Counted from the stretch's first letter, positions 1 through 12,208 are shown. The stretch: 64,000 bases of DNA from Camelus dromedarius (GCF_036321535.1 NC_087436.1:51152001-51216000), one strand, 5' to 3'. Made by a program: numbers and translations. The notes: generated from the letters alone by a model not told the origin.

Positions 1-138
1 TCAGTTTGTTAGTAGGTAGTGGTCTTTACCATCCTTATCAAGATTTATATCAAAAGATTACAAGTTTGAAATGTATACTGCTTATGACTTTTAACATTAG
101 CCTTTGTTTCAAATGAGTCAACATTTAAAAACCATTTT

Positions 139-300
139 GGGGGGGAGGGTAATATTAGCTCAGTGGTGGAGTGTGTGCTTAGCATGCACAGGGTCCTGGG
201 TTCAACCCCTAGTACCTCCATTTAAAAACATTAAGTTAAAATAAATAAATAGATAAATAAACCTAGTTACCTCCCCCTCCAAAAACAAAAAAAATAAAAT
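139..300 (+). mobile_element. tRNA-derived camelid SINE (Vic-1-like)
   Basis: A box TAGCTCAGTGG, B box GGGTTCAACCCC, AATA-rich linker, ACCTAGTTACCTCCCCC tail and A-rich end. Flanks resemble a TSD (aaaaaccatt / aaaaaccagt). Confidence 0.85.
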
Positions 301-2631
301 AAAAACCAGTTGACTTTTCTGTATTTAACCTATCTTCGATTTGAATTCACTCCTAATATTTAAGAATATAAACTATATGGGAAGTGCTCTCATCTGATTA
401 AGGCAATGAATTAATGTTCCAAATGTTCACACACTAGAATTGAAATGTCAGATAACAATTCAAACAAAGGTTATATGAGGAAAATATCACCTGTAAGAAA
501 ATGATAGCATTTAGACAACTACACATTAATTTGGATGATACAGTAAGAATGCTGTTACTTTCATTGTAGGCTTCCCCCCAGATCTACTCCAGAGACCAAA
601 CTGCCCCAGTGGTTATGTCTTTGTAGTCACTGTGGATTAGAAAGAGTAATTACAGAAATTATTTTTGTTTATGGCATTGAAACTACAGTTATAAATATTG
701 AATTCTACAGTGTCAGCAGGGATGGCAAATGGCAGTGATACAAATGTTTTCTAATTATCTTAAAGCCCAGGCATCTCTGAACCTACTCTAGAAACGGTTT
801 TGATATGATCCGGTTTGTGATCACACTTGACCCTATTCTTTGGTTCTTAAATCTGTGTCAGCCCAGGCACAGCGTAGGCAGATGGTAATGCTACGCATAT
901 CTCTTCCTTTTCTAATCCCAGTCATTTTTGCTAATCTTACTCTCCAACATTGGCCAAGACAGAGCATTGCAAACCTCTCGAGCAGGAAGGAAATACTAAG
1001 GCTTGAGAGCTTCAACTTTCTGTCTGAACTCTCTGGATGACAGATTTATTTTGGCTCCAAGTTTGTTCCAAGGTTTTTCTGTCTTCTTTAAAAATTCAAA
1101 TCTTAGATTCACAAATGATGAAGAGTAAAAAAGGCAGGGACCTAACAAAAAAAATTTTGCATTATAAAAATGGAAAACTTCACATAATATTGGCAAAAAC
1201 CTGCTTTGCATTAACTTTCAGTGGATTAAGTAGTAAGAAACAACTTGGAGATGTTACTTATTCCTATTTTAGATATTTTAGATAATTTTATTTTAGATTA
1301 AATTTTTAGTCTAATTTAGATATTTTGGTACTTAGTAATATTTTAGATTAAAACTCTCTAAAATAATTATTATTCTTATGCAATATTTTAGATGAAAACT
1401 TGCAAAGTGGTAGCTACCCAGAATTTACTGGACCATCTATTGTATCTTAAACATTTGGATTCTAAGGTTTTAGTCTACCTTTTCCCTTTGTATGTAGGAG
1501 GCTATAATTGTAGTTGGAAAGTTTTATGGGGCTTAAAAATTCTGGCCTTGGGGGATTTTTTTCTCCCTACTAAATACTGGGTTTGCTGACTCAATTCTTG
1601 TTCTTGCTGTGAGTCTGTAATTAACTCTATAGACAAGGAGAAAGCGGGGTTCTTTCCTCAAATTAAAGGAAATCCCAGAGGCATGAAATTCAGAGTGGGA
1701 GAGTCTCACCTCACGTTACCAATGGCTTTTCAGTGAAAAGCTGTTTATATTCTCCTTCTGCTTAGCTTTCTAACTTTTAACTTTGTTGTTGTCATTGTTT
1801 TTAAATTAATAGTAAAAACTTAATTGTGAAAATACAGATAATCAGAAACATTTCATATTTCCAGAATCCAGGGATGATCAAGTTGATAATTTTGTGCATT
1901 AAATTCTTTCATCTATGCACATTTATTATTTTATTTTTAACAAATATGAATTTAACCTTGTTTAAAATTATGATTGTATCAGCAACAATTTTTCATGACA
2001 TTTGAAATAATGAAAACTGTATTTAAATAAAAACCACAGTAGTAGGGTGAGAGCTCCATATATAATAAGCTCTCTATTTAGTTTGGAAATTATAGTTGGG
2101 AGATGTGATTCCATTTTTAATAATAAAACTAATTTGGAAATGTCAAAGGAAATATGAACTTGTTCAGTATATGAAATTCATATTATCAGACTCATACCAT
2201 TATAGAATATTTCCTTTAACCCTTCTTCTTTCTTTTCCTTGCCTCAAATTCACAAATGACAGATAATAAAAGATTGAAAAAAATCCATCTGAATTCTGTA
2301 TTTTCCTGGAATTAACTCCATTATAGCAATTCTTTCATTTTTTAGGTGAGAGTAACCGAGGCGATAGTCTTGGGACTTTGGAATAAAGCACCTACTTAAT
2401 CCTGCTTGTATTAACCTAAAACCTACTCACAGTGTTTTTGTCTGAGTAAATATTTAGGCTTCTTTTAACGTGAATTGTTTTCATGTCTAATTTAGTTTCC
2501 AAACCACAGTGGAAAATATATTTTTCACTTGTGAGAAAGAACAAACACGTTTTGGGTAACTTGAAATAAGAACTAGGCTGGTTCCTAGAAGACACCAAAG
2601 GGCTATTAGTTGGTCATAGACTTGAAAAAAT

Positions 2632-3095
2632 ATTAAAAAAAGAATAAAATAATACATTTGCAGCAACATGGATGGGCCTGGAGATTGTCATTCTAAGTGA
2701 AGTAAGCCAGAAACAGAAAGAAAAATACCATATGGTATCACTCATATATGGAATTAAAAAAAAAAAAAGACACAAATGGACTTATTTACAAAACAGAGAC
2801 AGAGTCACAGACATAGAAACAAACTCATGGTTACAAGAGGGGAAGGGGGTGGGAAGGGATAAATTGGGAGTTTGAGATTTGCAGATACACACTACTATAT
2901 ATAAAATAGATAAACAATAAGTTTCTACTTTATAGCACAGGGAACTATATTCAGTATCTTGTAGTAACCTATAATGAAAAAGAATATGAAAACAAATATA
3001 TGTATGTATATGTATGACTGAAGCGTTATGCTATACATCAGAGATGGATACAACTTCGTAAACTGACTATACTTCAATTAATTAAAAAAAAAAAG
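2632..3095 (+). mobile_element. 5'-truncated LINE-1 (ORF2 C-terminus, 3'UTR, polyA)
   Basis: Encodes FAATWMGLEIVILSEVSQKQKEKYHMVSLI, the L1 ORF2 end; its 3'UTR is shared with other copies in the window. Confidence 0.9.
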
Positions 3096-5436
3096 AAATA
3101 CACATTTACCAGGTGAGACATTTTTAGAGATTTTGCCTGGAACATAACAAGCCATGGACATTAGTAAATCCTGTATTTTCTCAGTGGCATCAGACTTTAT
3201 GTCTGAGGAATATTTCTTCTTTCACAAATACAAGTTGAACAGCTCCCTACAGTCTTTAGGGTAGATATTAAGATTTGTTCTTTTTGGACAGTGTTTCCCA
3301 TGTTTTCAAATCAGTATCTTTCCCTGTAATATCTATCCTGCTTTTACTTTATATTTGCGTACAATTTTTATTCCGTGTACATTTTTTATTCCAAGTACAT
3401 TTATCTATATTAAGACTTTCCCTTAAGAATGGATCACAGTTAAGTGTAAAGCCGCAAGTACCAAAGCTTGTTTTTCCTTTGTGTGCGCCATGAATAATTT
3501 TCCTCCTTCTGAAACAAACCAAATAAAGGCATCAGAATAAGAAATCAGACTAGAAATCATTAAAGTTTCTATGATAAAATGACAAATTCCATCCAAGTTA
3601 AAAAAAAAAAAAAGCAGTTTTCAAAAGTGAGCTCTCTGGACCATGCTGTGGCCCTACGGAGAAGTAATTTTCCGGTCTAGAGAGGATGAGCTACCTGGCC
3701 TGTTTGATGTTATGTGTGTCAGACAGACAAGTAGTTTTCACAAAGTTATCAACCATGCTCAAAATGACATCTCAGTCTGGTTTGGATGATTTGAAATTTT
3801 AGTGTTCCTTGGCTTTGTAGATGATAAAATGCTTTAATTTGTTATCTCAACGAACTATCAAAACAACCCTACGAGATACACAAAGAGCTAAGGGATTCAA
3901 ACTACCCAGACGACAAAACTGTTCACACGGTTTCAGTTACAATGAAAACTCAAGTCTTCTGATTCTTCTCTCATCGTTCTTTTCCTCAGTACTGGGCTGT
4001 CAGGGGACCTTGGGCTGGTTAGTCTATTTGCATTCCTTAGCGATCATGCGCCTCTTTCAAACAGAAGTTATAGATGAATGTTCCACAGTGAGAGGAATTC
4101 TTCTGCAGCAAGAATGTGGAGTGGACAAGCCTCGGGGGGGAAAAGACTAGAAGTGACGCCGGTCAAGAGGATTCTTTTGTAGATTTAAGCTCCTCAGAGT
4201 GCATACACACACTGAAGAGAGAACACTTGCTCTGTTTGCTTTTTTACTTCCAATAGTCTCATTTAAACTCTTCAAAATGTTTTGCCAACTAGGTAAGCCA
4301 GTGACACCTTCGGCATAAAAAACTGCAAATAGTTCCTCGGCCATTCATCATTTAAAATTCTTAGTCTTTTATATTTTAATGTAAATGGAGAGACTGAATG
4401 TGAGTGGAGAATGGACGATTTGAAGGAAGGGACGGCAAGGGAAAGAGGGCGTGGGCCCAGGTATTAGGAGGTTGAGAACTCAGAGGAGAAAACAGTCCCT
4501 TGTCATAGTTCCATTTCGCAAATTTGCCCAGGGCCAGGCTTTGTACTAAGATCTTATCTTGAAAACAAAATTCTTCATTGTTCTCACATGATTCTATTTC
4601 CTAGCAGCTCCATTTCACTCCAGCTTTGAGCCCCTGTCCCTCAAGTGCTGGGAGAGTGAAGATACGGGAAGCCCCCGCCTTTCCAAGGAGAAGTATTCAT
4701 GCCTATAGTTCAGCGGACTCCTTTCTTCATCAAAGACCCGGGGCTACTCCGGATTCACAGGGTGAAAGCAGTTGGCTGCCCTTCAGGGCTATTTTTATAA
4801 ACTATGCTATTTTTGTTAGCTTTCTGTGATGAAGCAGCAGCCAACCCTGAAGCACCACACCTCCGTCTACTGCTCACTGGGCTCCCGGAGGCATCTTGAT
4901 TCTAACTCCCCGTGTTCCCATTTTAGAGGCCACTTAGAGTTCTATCACCGCCTACATTTTGATAATTTTAATCAGTTATTAAAGTAAGACACACCTGTTA
5001 AAAAATTCAAACACTATAGACGTGTGTAAAGAAAAAGATACAATTTTCTCATTCTTCTCTCCAGAGAAAGGTGTTATTCTTGCATGGGAATCCCCTGCTC
5101 CCCAGACCTACTGCTCGAAAGGAAGACATTGCAGACAGCTTGGTGCATAAACCACCTCCAGACCTCTGATAATCAAAGTGCAAACACACACACAGAGTTG
5201 TTTATATTGTTTTAAAACATATTCCGCTCCTACTTTTTTCATTAATTTATTCAACATCTTTCTGCCAGTGTGCATATACATTTTCCAGAAATTCTAAGAC
5301 AATCTTGAAAAATTGTATGACATTATAGAGCACAGAAGCCATGGTGAGGTCACCGTGGTGAGGTCATGCTGGGTGAGCTGAGCTGAATGGGAATGAAAGG
5401 CCCGCGGATGCTGTTCCATTAGAAAAGAGCTGAAGA

Positions 5437-5651
5437 ATTGGGAGTTCGAGATTTGCAGACACTATTATATATAAATTAAACAACATTTCTATTGTATAGC
5501 ACAGGAAACTATATTCAGTATCTTGTAGTAACCTATAATGAAAAAGAATATGAAAAGGAATATATGTATGTATATGTATGACTGGACTGTTATGCTGTAC
5601 ACCAGAGACTGACACATTGTAAACTGACTATACTTCAATTAAAAAAGTAAA
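5437..5651 (+). mobile_element. L1 3'UTR fragment with perfect 16-bp TSD
   Basis: AGAAAAGAGCTGAAGA at 5421-5436 and 5652-5667; body homologous to 2861-3080. Confidence 0.92.
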
Positions 5652-6979
5652 AGAAAAGAGCTGAAGAGAAAGGAGGAGGACGAGTGGGGAAGAACATAGG
5701 CTGATTTAATTTCCAGTTTCATTTACTCAATCGAAAAGTCACGTGTAATATTCTCCAAACATTGACTGGTGTTTACTTTGGGTGGTAAAATGGAAAAAGG
5801 CAGATTTAGGCCCGAGAGTTACTGGACCGTGGCACTCAGCTCCCCTGAGCTTTCCTCTCCTCACGCCAAAATGACCAGATTAGAGCGAATAGAATGATGT
5901 CTATCTTTCTTTCCATTTCTGATTAGCACTTTGATTTCCTGGAAAAAAAACCTCAAGAATTTAGTTCAGTATAAAGTCGTCTTTGTTCCAAGGGTCTTGG
6001 TTGTTTTTGTCCGTTTTCCAATAGCAACTCACCAGGCTGATCACACAGGTCACACTACCTTACCGTGTTGAGAAGCGTGTAATAATACTGATATTCTGTT
6101 ACACAGTTTATAAAGAGTTTTCACACACCTTTCCCTCTCTGATTTTCACAGTCATTCAGTGACACAGATTGAGCTGAAATTATTTAAATCCCCATTTTAT
6201 AGACTGAGTCAAGATCAGAGAGGACTTGCAGAAATCTGATTCCTACCTGTATTGTCTGTAGTGTCGATGGCTGAGTCACGTCCAATCTGGATAGAGTCAT
6301 TACCTGGCTTCTATTTGAGACTTACATGTGGCGTGTTTGCAATAATAAGACATGAATATCATTTGATGCTTGGAATACAGGAAAGGGGAGGTTTACATTC
6401 ACCGAGGAGAATTTTACAGCTGATGATCATGAGGAATCTTTTGAAGTTTCACTAGATGAAGACATCTTTGACCCAGTGGAACTTTGAGTTCTGGCTCCAG
6501 ACTCTCTAGTACCAAAGACCCTCTTGTATTTCTCCGTGCTCTGTCAGGTCTCTCAGGGCTTTTTATTTTGCATCTCTTCGTCCTGGAATGTGCTTCCTCT
6601 CCCTGCCTTTCTGTCAAACTTCTACCTGTTCTTCAAGCTCAAGGGTTACCTGCTCTGTGAATTATTTGCTCAGCATCCTCTGCAGACCTAAGTCCTCCTC
6701 TCTCACTCCTCTGCAGCCTGTACAATCTCCATTATAGCAACCACCTCCCTTCAGTCTAACCCTATGGGCCTCTTAAAGGGAAAACAAAATGCGTATTTTC
6801 ACTCTTGTTTCCCTAAACAGCATGAACTGTGATGCCAATGCTAAAAATATGAATTGAATGACTCAATTAATTTCATGGAATATTACTAAGTTGGGATTTT
6901 AGCAAAATTTTAGTTTTAATTCCTATGTAATTTGTTACAGGAACTTTCTCGTTTCCTTATTAATGCTCAACATTTTGCT

Positions 6980-7540
6980 TTTTAAGTTTTGAAGCAATGA
7001 CAAGCTTACAGAAAAGTTACAAACACAGTACAAAGACCTTTTCCCTGCTGAGCCATTTGAGTGTAATTTGCTGCTCTGATATTCCATTATCTTGAAATAC
7101 TTTAACATGTGTTTCCTACATTCTTTGACCACTTCCTTGCTTTCAGGAACAGCAAGAGATTCCAGGTTCATCTCGGTCTTTGCCTGCCCAGTCCTGGAAT
7201 CAATCCTCTTTCTAAGGAGCCCTGGTTCCTATTAGCGGAGAATAGTTTTTAGAAGCCAAGCTCGGGGGCTTCGGTATGTTTCTTGGTTTTAGGTGTTTGC
7301 AGCCCCTCCCAGTGGGACAAAGCTAGGGATCATCTCCAACAATATCTGCTTTATCTGTTTATACACTGAAAACCATGAATTAATGCTGATCTCTCCAACA
7401 CAGCATCATGGGCTCATTCAAGGTTCCTCCTTCTTGATGTTTGCAACTCCCCTCTCTGACAATGAGAAAACTGGCTACTATTACCTTTAATATATTTACC
7501 TGTTTAATGGATCCCTTTACGTGTAACTAATCTATTTCTG
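6980..7540 (-). mobile_element. Old L1M-type 3' end
   Basis: ttttgaagcaatgacaagcttacagaaaagttacaaa resembles the antisense 3' end of ancient L1MC/MD; recalled, decayed. Confidence 0.55.
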
Positions 7541-7582
7541 ATGCCATCTCCTTCCCTCCTGACTCCCTCCTTCTTCTCCTCC

Positions 7583-8250
7583 TGTAATTCTGCACCCAAA
7601 TTTCAATATGGGGGGGGTGGGTTTCCCCACACATCCAAGTGATTCTCAGACACCAGCTGGGTGTCCTACAATTCAACTCAGTTCATTCCCACAGTTTCAG
7701 GGCTTAATTGTACAAGACTGTCACCCACCCCCCATGCTACACAAAGTCCAGGTTGCCACCTGAGCTTCTGATAGACTGGCTATAGATCAAAGGTTCCAAT
7801 GACTCAAGAACTCAAAAGAAACATGTTACTTACTCAGTCCCCAGTGTTTTACAAAAGGATGTAACTCAGGAATAGCTAGATAGAAGAGATGCATAGGATA
7901 AGATTTGGAGAAAGTGGGCAGAGCTTCTTCCCTCTGAATGCACCTCTCCACGAGTCTCCGCCTGTTCACTAACCTGCAATCTCTCCCAGCTCGGTTCCTT
8001 TGGATTTTTATGAAGGCTTCGCCGACCTCCAGCCCCTCACCTCCCGTGAGAGGTCAAGAGGGTGGGGCTAGGAAAGTTCCAACTTCTAATCACAAGGTTG
8101 GTTCTCCTGGCAACCAGCCCCTTAGGTGGGGTCCAAAGGTCACCTTTAATGCTCCCATCACTTAGGAAATTCCAAGGGTTTAGGAGCACTGCACCAGAAA
8201 CTGAGGTGAAGACCACATATATATTTCTTATTATAAATCACACTATCACA
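7583..8250 (-). mobile_element. Solo LTR, MER21-like
   Basis: TG...CA termini. The end atatttcttattataaatcacactatcaca and internal caccagctgggtgtcctacaattcaactca match the recalled MER21 consensus. Confidence 0.7.
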
Positions 8251-10023
8251 CATCCCTTGTCAGGCTGCCCTCCTCACCGTACAGACTCTGGTAGCTCATG
8301 CTGCTGCTTGGCAGGGTTTCCCTCCTCATCCTTATCCTTATGCACGTTCTGTGCAGGGCCACCATCAAGCATGGATGCCTTCCTCACTCACCCATGCTCT
8401 GACTCCACGCTTGGCTGCCTCTTTCTCTCCTGTGACCCAAGGATGCCCTCCAATCTTTGCTCTGACTCTGACACCCCACACCAGGCCACTGCTTTGTGGA
8501 GATGCCCCCCTGTTCCAGCTTTGGCTCTGACAACATACTGGGAAGGATGCTCCTCTCATACTTGGGTGCTGGGTGCCTGCACACACTCTTACCCGGTTAG
8601 GGGTGCATCCTCTGATTTTCAATGTTTCCTCTCCCAATCTGGACACCGTTGTCACCCCGCTTGGACTCTGTCCCCACTAAATTTCCCTCCCACTTGGATA
8701 GCCTTCTCCCCGGTTCTGTCTCTAACACCCTTCTTTGGACCACTGGGACTGCCCTCCACATGGATATGCTTTATTATGCTATGCTCCCTTGACGGCTTTG
8801 GAACAGGAAGGGAGAGGAAGAGGAGGGAAGGGAAAGAAGGGAACAGGGAAATACCATCCCCTAGATTTGCATATTAGTCCTTCCACAGGGAAATGAATGC
8901 AAATTGCATGAAAAAATTTAAAGGTGGCCAATTTGTTCCTTATTTGCAATAGTACCAAAAAATTTGGACTGAGAAAAATTTGAAGCTATCAGGAAAAAAA
9001 AAGATTTGAGGTTAAATGCCCTTTCCATTGGAGAAATGAACTTTTCATTTCTCTCCTAGGTGTTTCACATGTTATTCTGATAGATGACTTCTAAATTAGA
9101 CATTTAGAAATGAAAAGGTTGGAATGGATATCTGTATTTCTACCCCAGTTTTCTTGTTTCATAGATGAAGTAATTGAGTTAGGGCAAATGACTTTCTCAG
9201 GTGACACAGTCAGAAAGATAAAGACATCTTTCAGTATCCTGGCCAGTGTTTGTTGCATTCTCCTTTCATTATTATTATTGAAAATTGTTTGATCTTTAAG
9301 GCAAATTTCTGAGAAAAAGTAGTTTTTACATTACACCTTATATTTTAAATTGGAAGTCCTTTCCTTCAGTAATGATATTGCTGGTAGAATGCTATATTTT
9401 GGGCCCTAAAACATTGTCTGAGTAGCGCTTTGGTGAATATGTTCCATCAGAGTGGAGATTTAGACCCGGCCTCACCAATTTGGTAGTTAGTAGCTTATAA
9501 TTGTCTGAATACTCTCTTTTAATTGAATGCTTACATTATGTTAACTGTTTTTGGTAAAGTTTCCTAGCAGGTTGATTATCATTTATTTTACTATTTATTG
9601 TCTTGTGGGGTTGAGGGACTGGCAAAATATATATACATGAATGGCTGATAAATAAAATTTTATTCTAAAAATCCACAATATAAAATTTGTATTACTTGAA
9701 ATCCATTAACCATTTGTGGAAAGTCAAATATCTTATCAACTTCTCAACACTGCAGTTCAAGTTGGCAATGTACAGCTTGTTGGGTGTAGACGAACCATTA
9801 GAATGTTCATTGATTTCCAAGAATCATCTTGAGTTTCTGGGGCCAAAAGGAAAAACAGGCAACAGACCACATTTAAGAACTCAAGAAAAATCTTGAAGTG
9901 ATCCCATCAACTGTGTAATTTAAGAGCTTAAGTGTGACATGAACTTACTTCTGGCCTTTGGGTAAAATATTTCTCCTTTTTGCACCAATGTTATTTTGTA
10001 AATTAATATCAACAATACATAGA

Positions 10024-10311
10024 TTTATTAATTGAAGTATAGTCAGTTCACAATGTTGTGTCAGTTTCTGGTGTACAGCATGTTTCAGTCATATATATAC
10101 ATACATATATTCGTTTTCATATGCTTTTTCATTATAGGTTACTACAAGCTATTGAATATGGCTCCCTGTACTCTACAGTAGGACCTTGCTGTTTATCTAT
10201 TTTATATACAGTAGTGTGTATCTGCAAATCCAGATCTCCCAGTTTATCCCTTCCTTACTCCTTTCCCCCTAAGTAACCATAAGTTTATTTTCTATGTCTG
10301 TGAGTCTGTTT
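10024..10311 (-). mobile_element. L1 3'UTR fragment
   Basis: attgaagtatagtcagtt...ttcattataggttactacaag is the reverse complement of the L1 3'UTR at 2.8-3.1 kb. Confidence 0.88.
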
Positions 10312-11359
10312 GCTTTTTTTTTTTTTAAACAAATACACACACCATCAAGATCAGTTTATTGATCTCTCTCCAAGACAGGAATCCTTCTACTACACACCCA
10401 TGGGTTTGAATCACCTTCAATCATGGGGAAATCACTACCTCCCAAAGCAGCTGTGCCTTACTTTCTGCAAAAACCTTCCTCTTGGTAACTTTGCCTTGTT
10501 ACTTCTACTTTCTGCCCTCTGTAGTTAGAATACAGTTAAACCCTCTTAACATGACACCCCTTCAGTTATGTGCCCCTAGAGCCTCATCCTTCTGGAATTT
10601 TCTCTCCCTGTCTCTTTCTTCCATCATCACAGTTCCTTATGGGAAATGAGATTCTTTCCCAGCCCCTTGTCTGGACTTAGTGTCTCTTTTAAAATGTGCT
10701 GTTTTAGGGGACTGTGCTCTCTACCCCATGTAACCCAAGAACAAAACTTTGAATTCCTCTTGTCTTTAGCCCTGTAACAGTGAATCGTGGTTTCACTTTG
10801 TTTCTGGACAGTTAACAGCCACCAGACACAACCTTTGCCCCTAAACACCGCATTCACTTTGCACAAACTTGTTGACCACACACCTAAGTCAGCTTTTCTT
10901 GAACCCTCATCTGAACAAACAAACATTGATTCTGATCTGCGGATATCCTGTGTGGCGTCAGGAAGGGCCAGCTTGAGCCGTGCTGGCTCAGTTAGCTTGC
11001 CACCAACGCTACAGATTTGGTTTCCTTTTTCTCCTGACTAGTAAGACAAAAAAGCAATTCCTGCTATTCTCTTAGACAATGCAAAGGGCTCCAGACTCTA
11101 TTTCAGGAAACTGGTTTCAACAAGGTAACAAAGAGACCACCAGACCAGAATGGAGGGTAGGGATATCGACAAGGAGGTGGCATTCAGGTAACCCCTGGGG
11201 ATGAGGGTGGGGAGCCGGCTCGGCTGAGGGTGGGAGGGCGCAGAGAGAGCCAAGAGCAAAGGCCAGCGGCTGTGCGCCCCGGCGTGGACGCGCGCGGTAG
11301 TTCAGGCTGGGGAGTGTGTCACCACGTGCTGCAGGGAGGCGGGGACAGGGTCCTCCTCC

Positions 11360-11503
11360 TGTTATCTGTGAAGAGCGCCGGGCCGGATCTCGGAGTTTCA
11401 CAGCGGATTTGCCAGAGATAGTGTTGAGAGAGAGACAGAGAAACAGAGAGAGAGATTGAGAGACTGATTCACGTGGACATAGACGCAGAAACAAACAGGC
11501 GAG
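11360..11503 (+). other. SLC39A8: Candidate non-coding first exon (start approximate)
   Basis: Lies downstream of the GC box and E-box, contains a GA-rich tract, and ends at consensus donor GAG|GTGAGA. Confidence 0.5.
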
Positions 11504-11951
11504 GTGAGAGGTTAGTTAGCAGGCTAGCTAACCCACTAGCTTGCCAATTGAGAGAAGAGATCTGGGAAAGGAAGGGTCTCGTTTAGACGCTCAAACTTCA
11601 GGACCCCAAAGGGCCATTTCCTGCAGCTCCTCGGGGACTGCACGTCTCACCCCTTCTAAGTTTGCTCTACGGGAATGCAGCAGAAAGAAAGGAAGAGGAG
11701 GTGGGGTTCTACAGCCAGTAAGGTTTTAGTTCTCCCTAAGAAGTGGCGTGGTTTGGGGCTTCATATCCGGAAGGAGCGTGTGTCATCACTCTGTACGCTA
11801 ATCCTGGGACGTTTGCAAACCCGGCTCCGGGGCAGTTGGCCCCTTGCCCGGCCGGGCGTTCGAGGGCTCCGGCCTCACAGTGCTCCCGGGGCCGGCCAGC
11901 GGGTGGCCCGGTGGCCTTTATCTCTGTCCCCCTTTGTCCTCTTTATCTCAG

Positions 11952-12208
11952 GCTCTCCAGGAGGCCCGGGGGCCCGCTCTGTCTATCGCTCCACACCCCC
12001 GGCTGCACCGCCACTTCAATGCCCGGCAGGTCGCGGGCGGCTGCTCTTTCCAAGGCGGCGGAGGACCAGGGGCGCCCCGCGCCACCGCTGACTCGGACCG
12101 ACGCCGACGCCTGACCCGCGCGTCCTTGGGCACCCACGCCGGTGCGCCTGGCGCGTCCCTTGTGTGCTCCAGTCCTTTTCCGGCCCTCGACGGGCAGCCC
12201 CGGCCAGG
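11952..12208 (+). other. SLC39A8: 5'UTR part of the first coding exon
   Basis: Long polypyrimidine tract ctttatctctgtccccctttgtcctctttatctcag ends at AG 11950-11951, 257 nt before the ATG. A second AG lies at 11959-11960. Confidence 0.7.

Noticed and set aside
139..225. tRNA-like A/B boxes (also 26400 and 49090-49160)
   Set aside because: SINE heads with AT-rich tails; no complete cloverleaf.
8062..8877. 271-aa ORF, longest in the track
   Set aside because: GTG start, begins inside an LTR, runs through C/T-rich low-complexity sequence, and resembles no protein I know.
12164..12208. In-frame GTG 15 codons upstream of the ZIP8 ATG
   Set aside because: Poor context; the real ATG has a strong Kozak sequence and directly begins the signal peptide.
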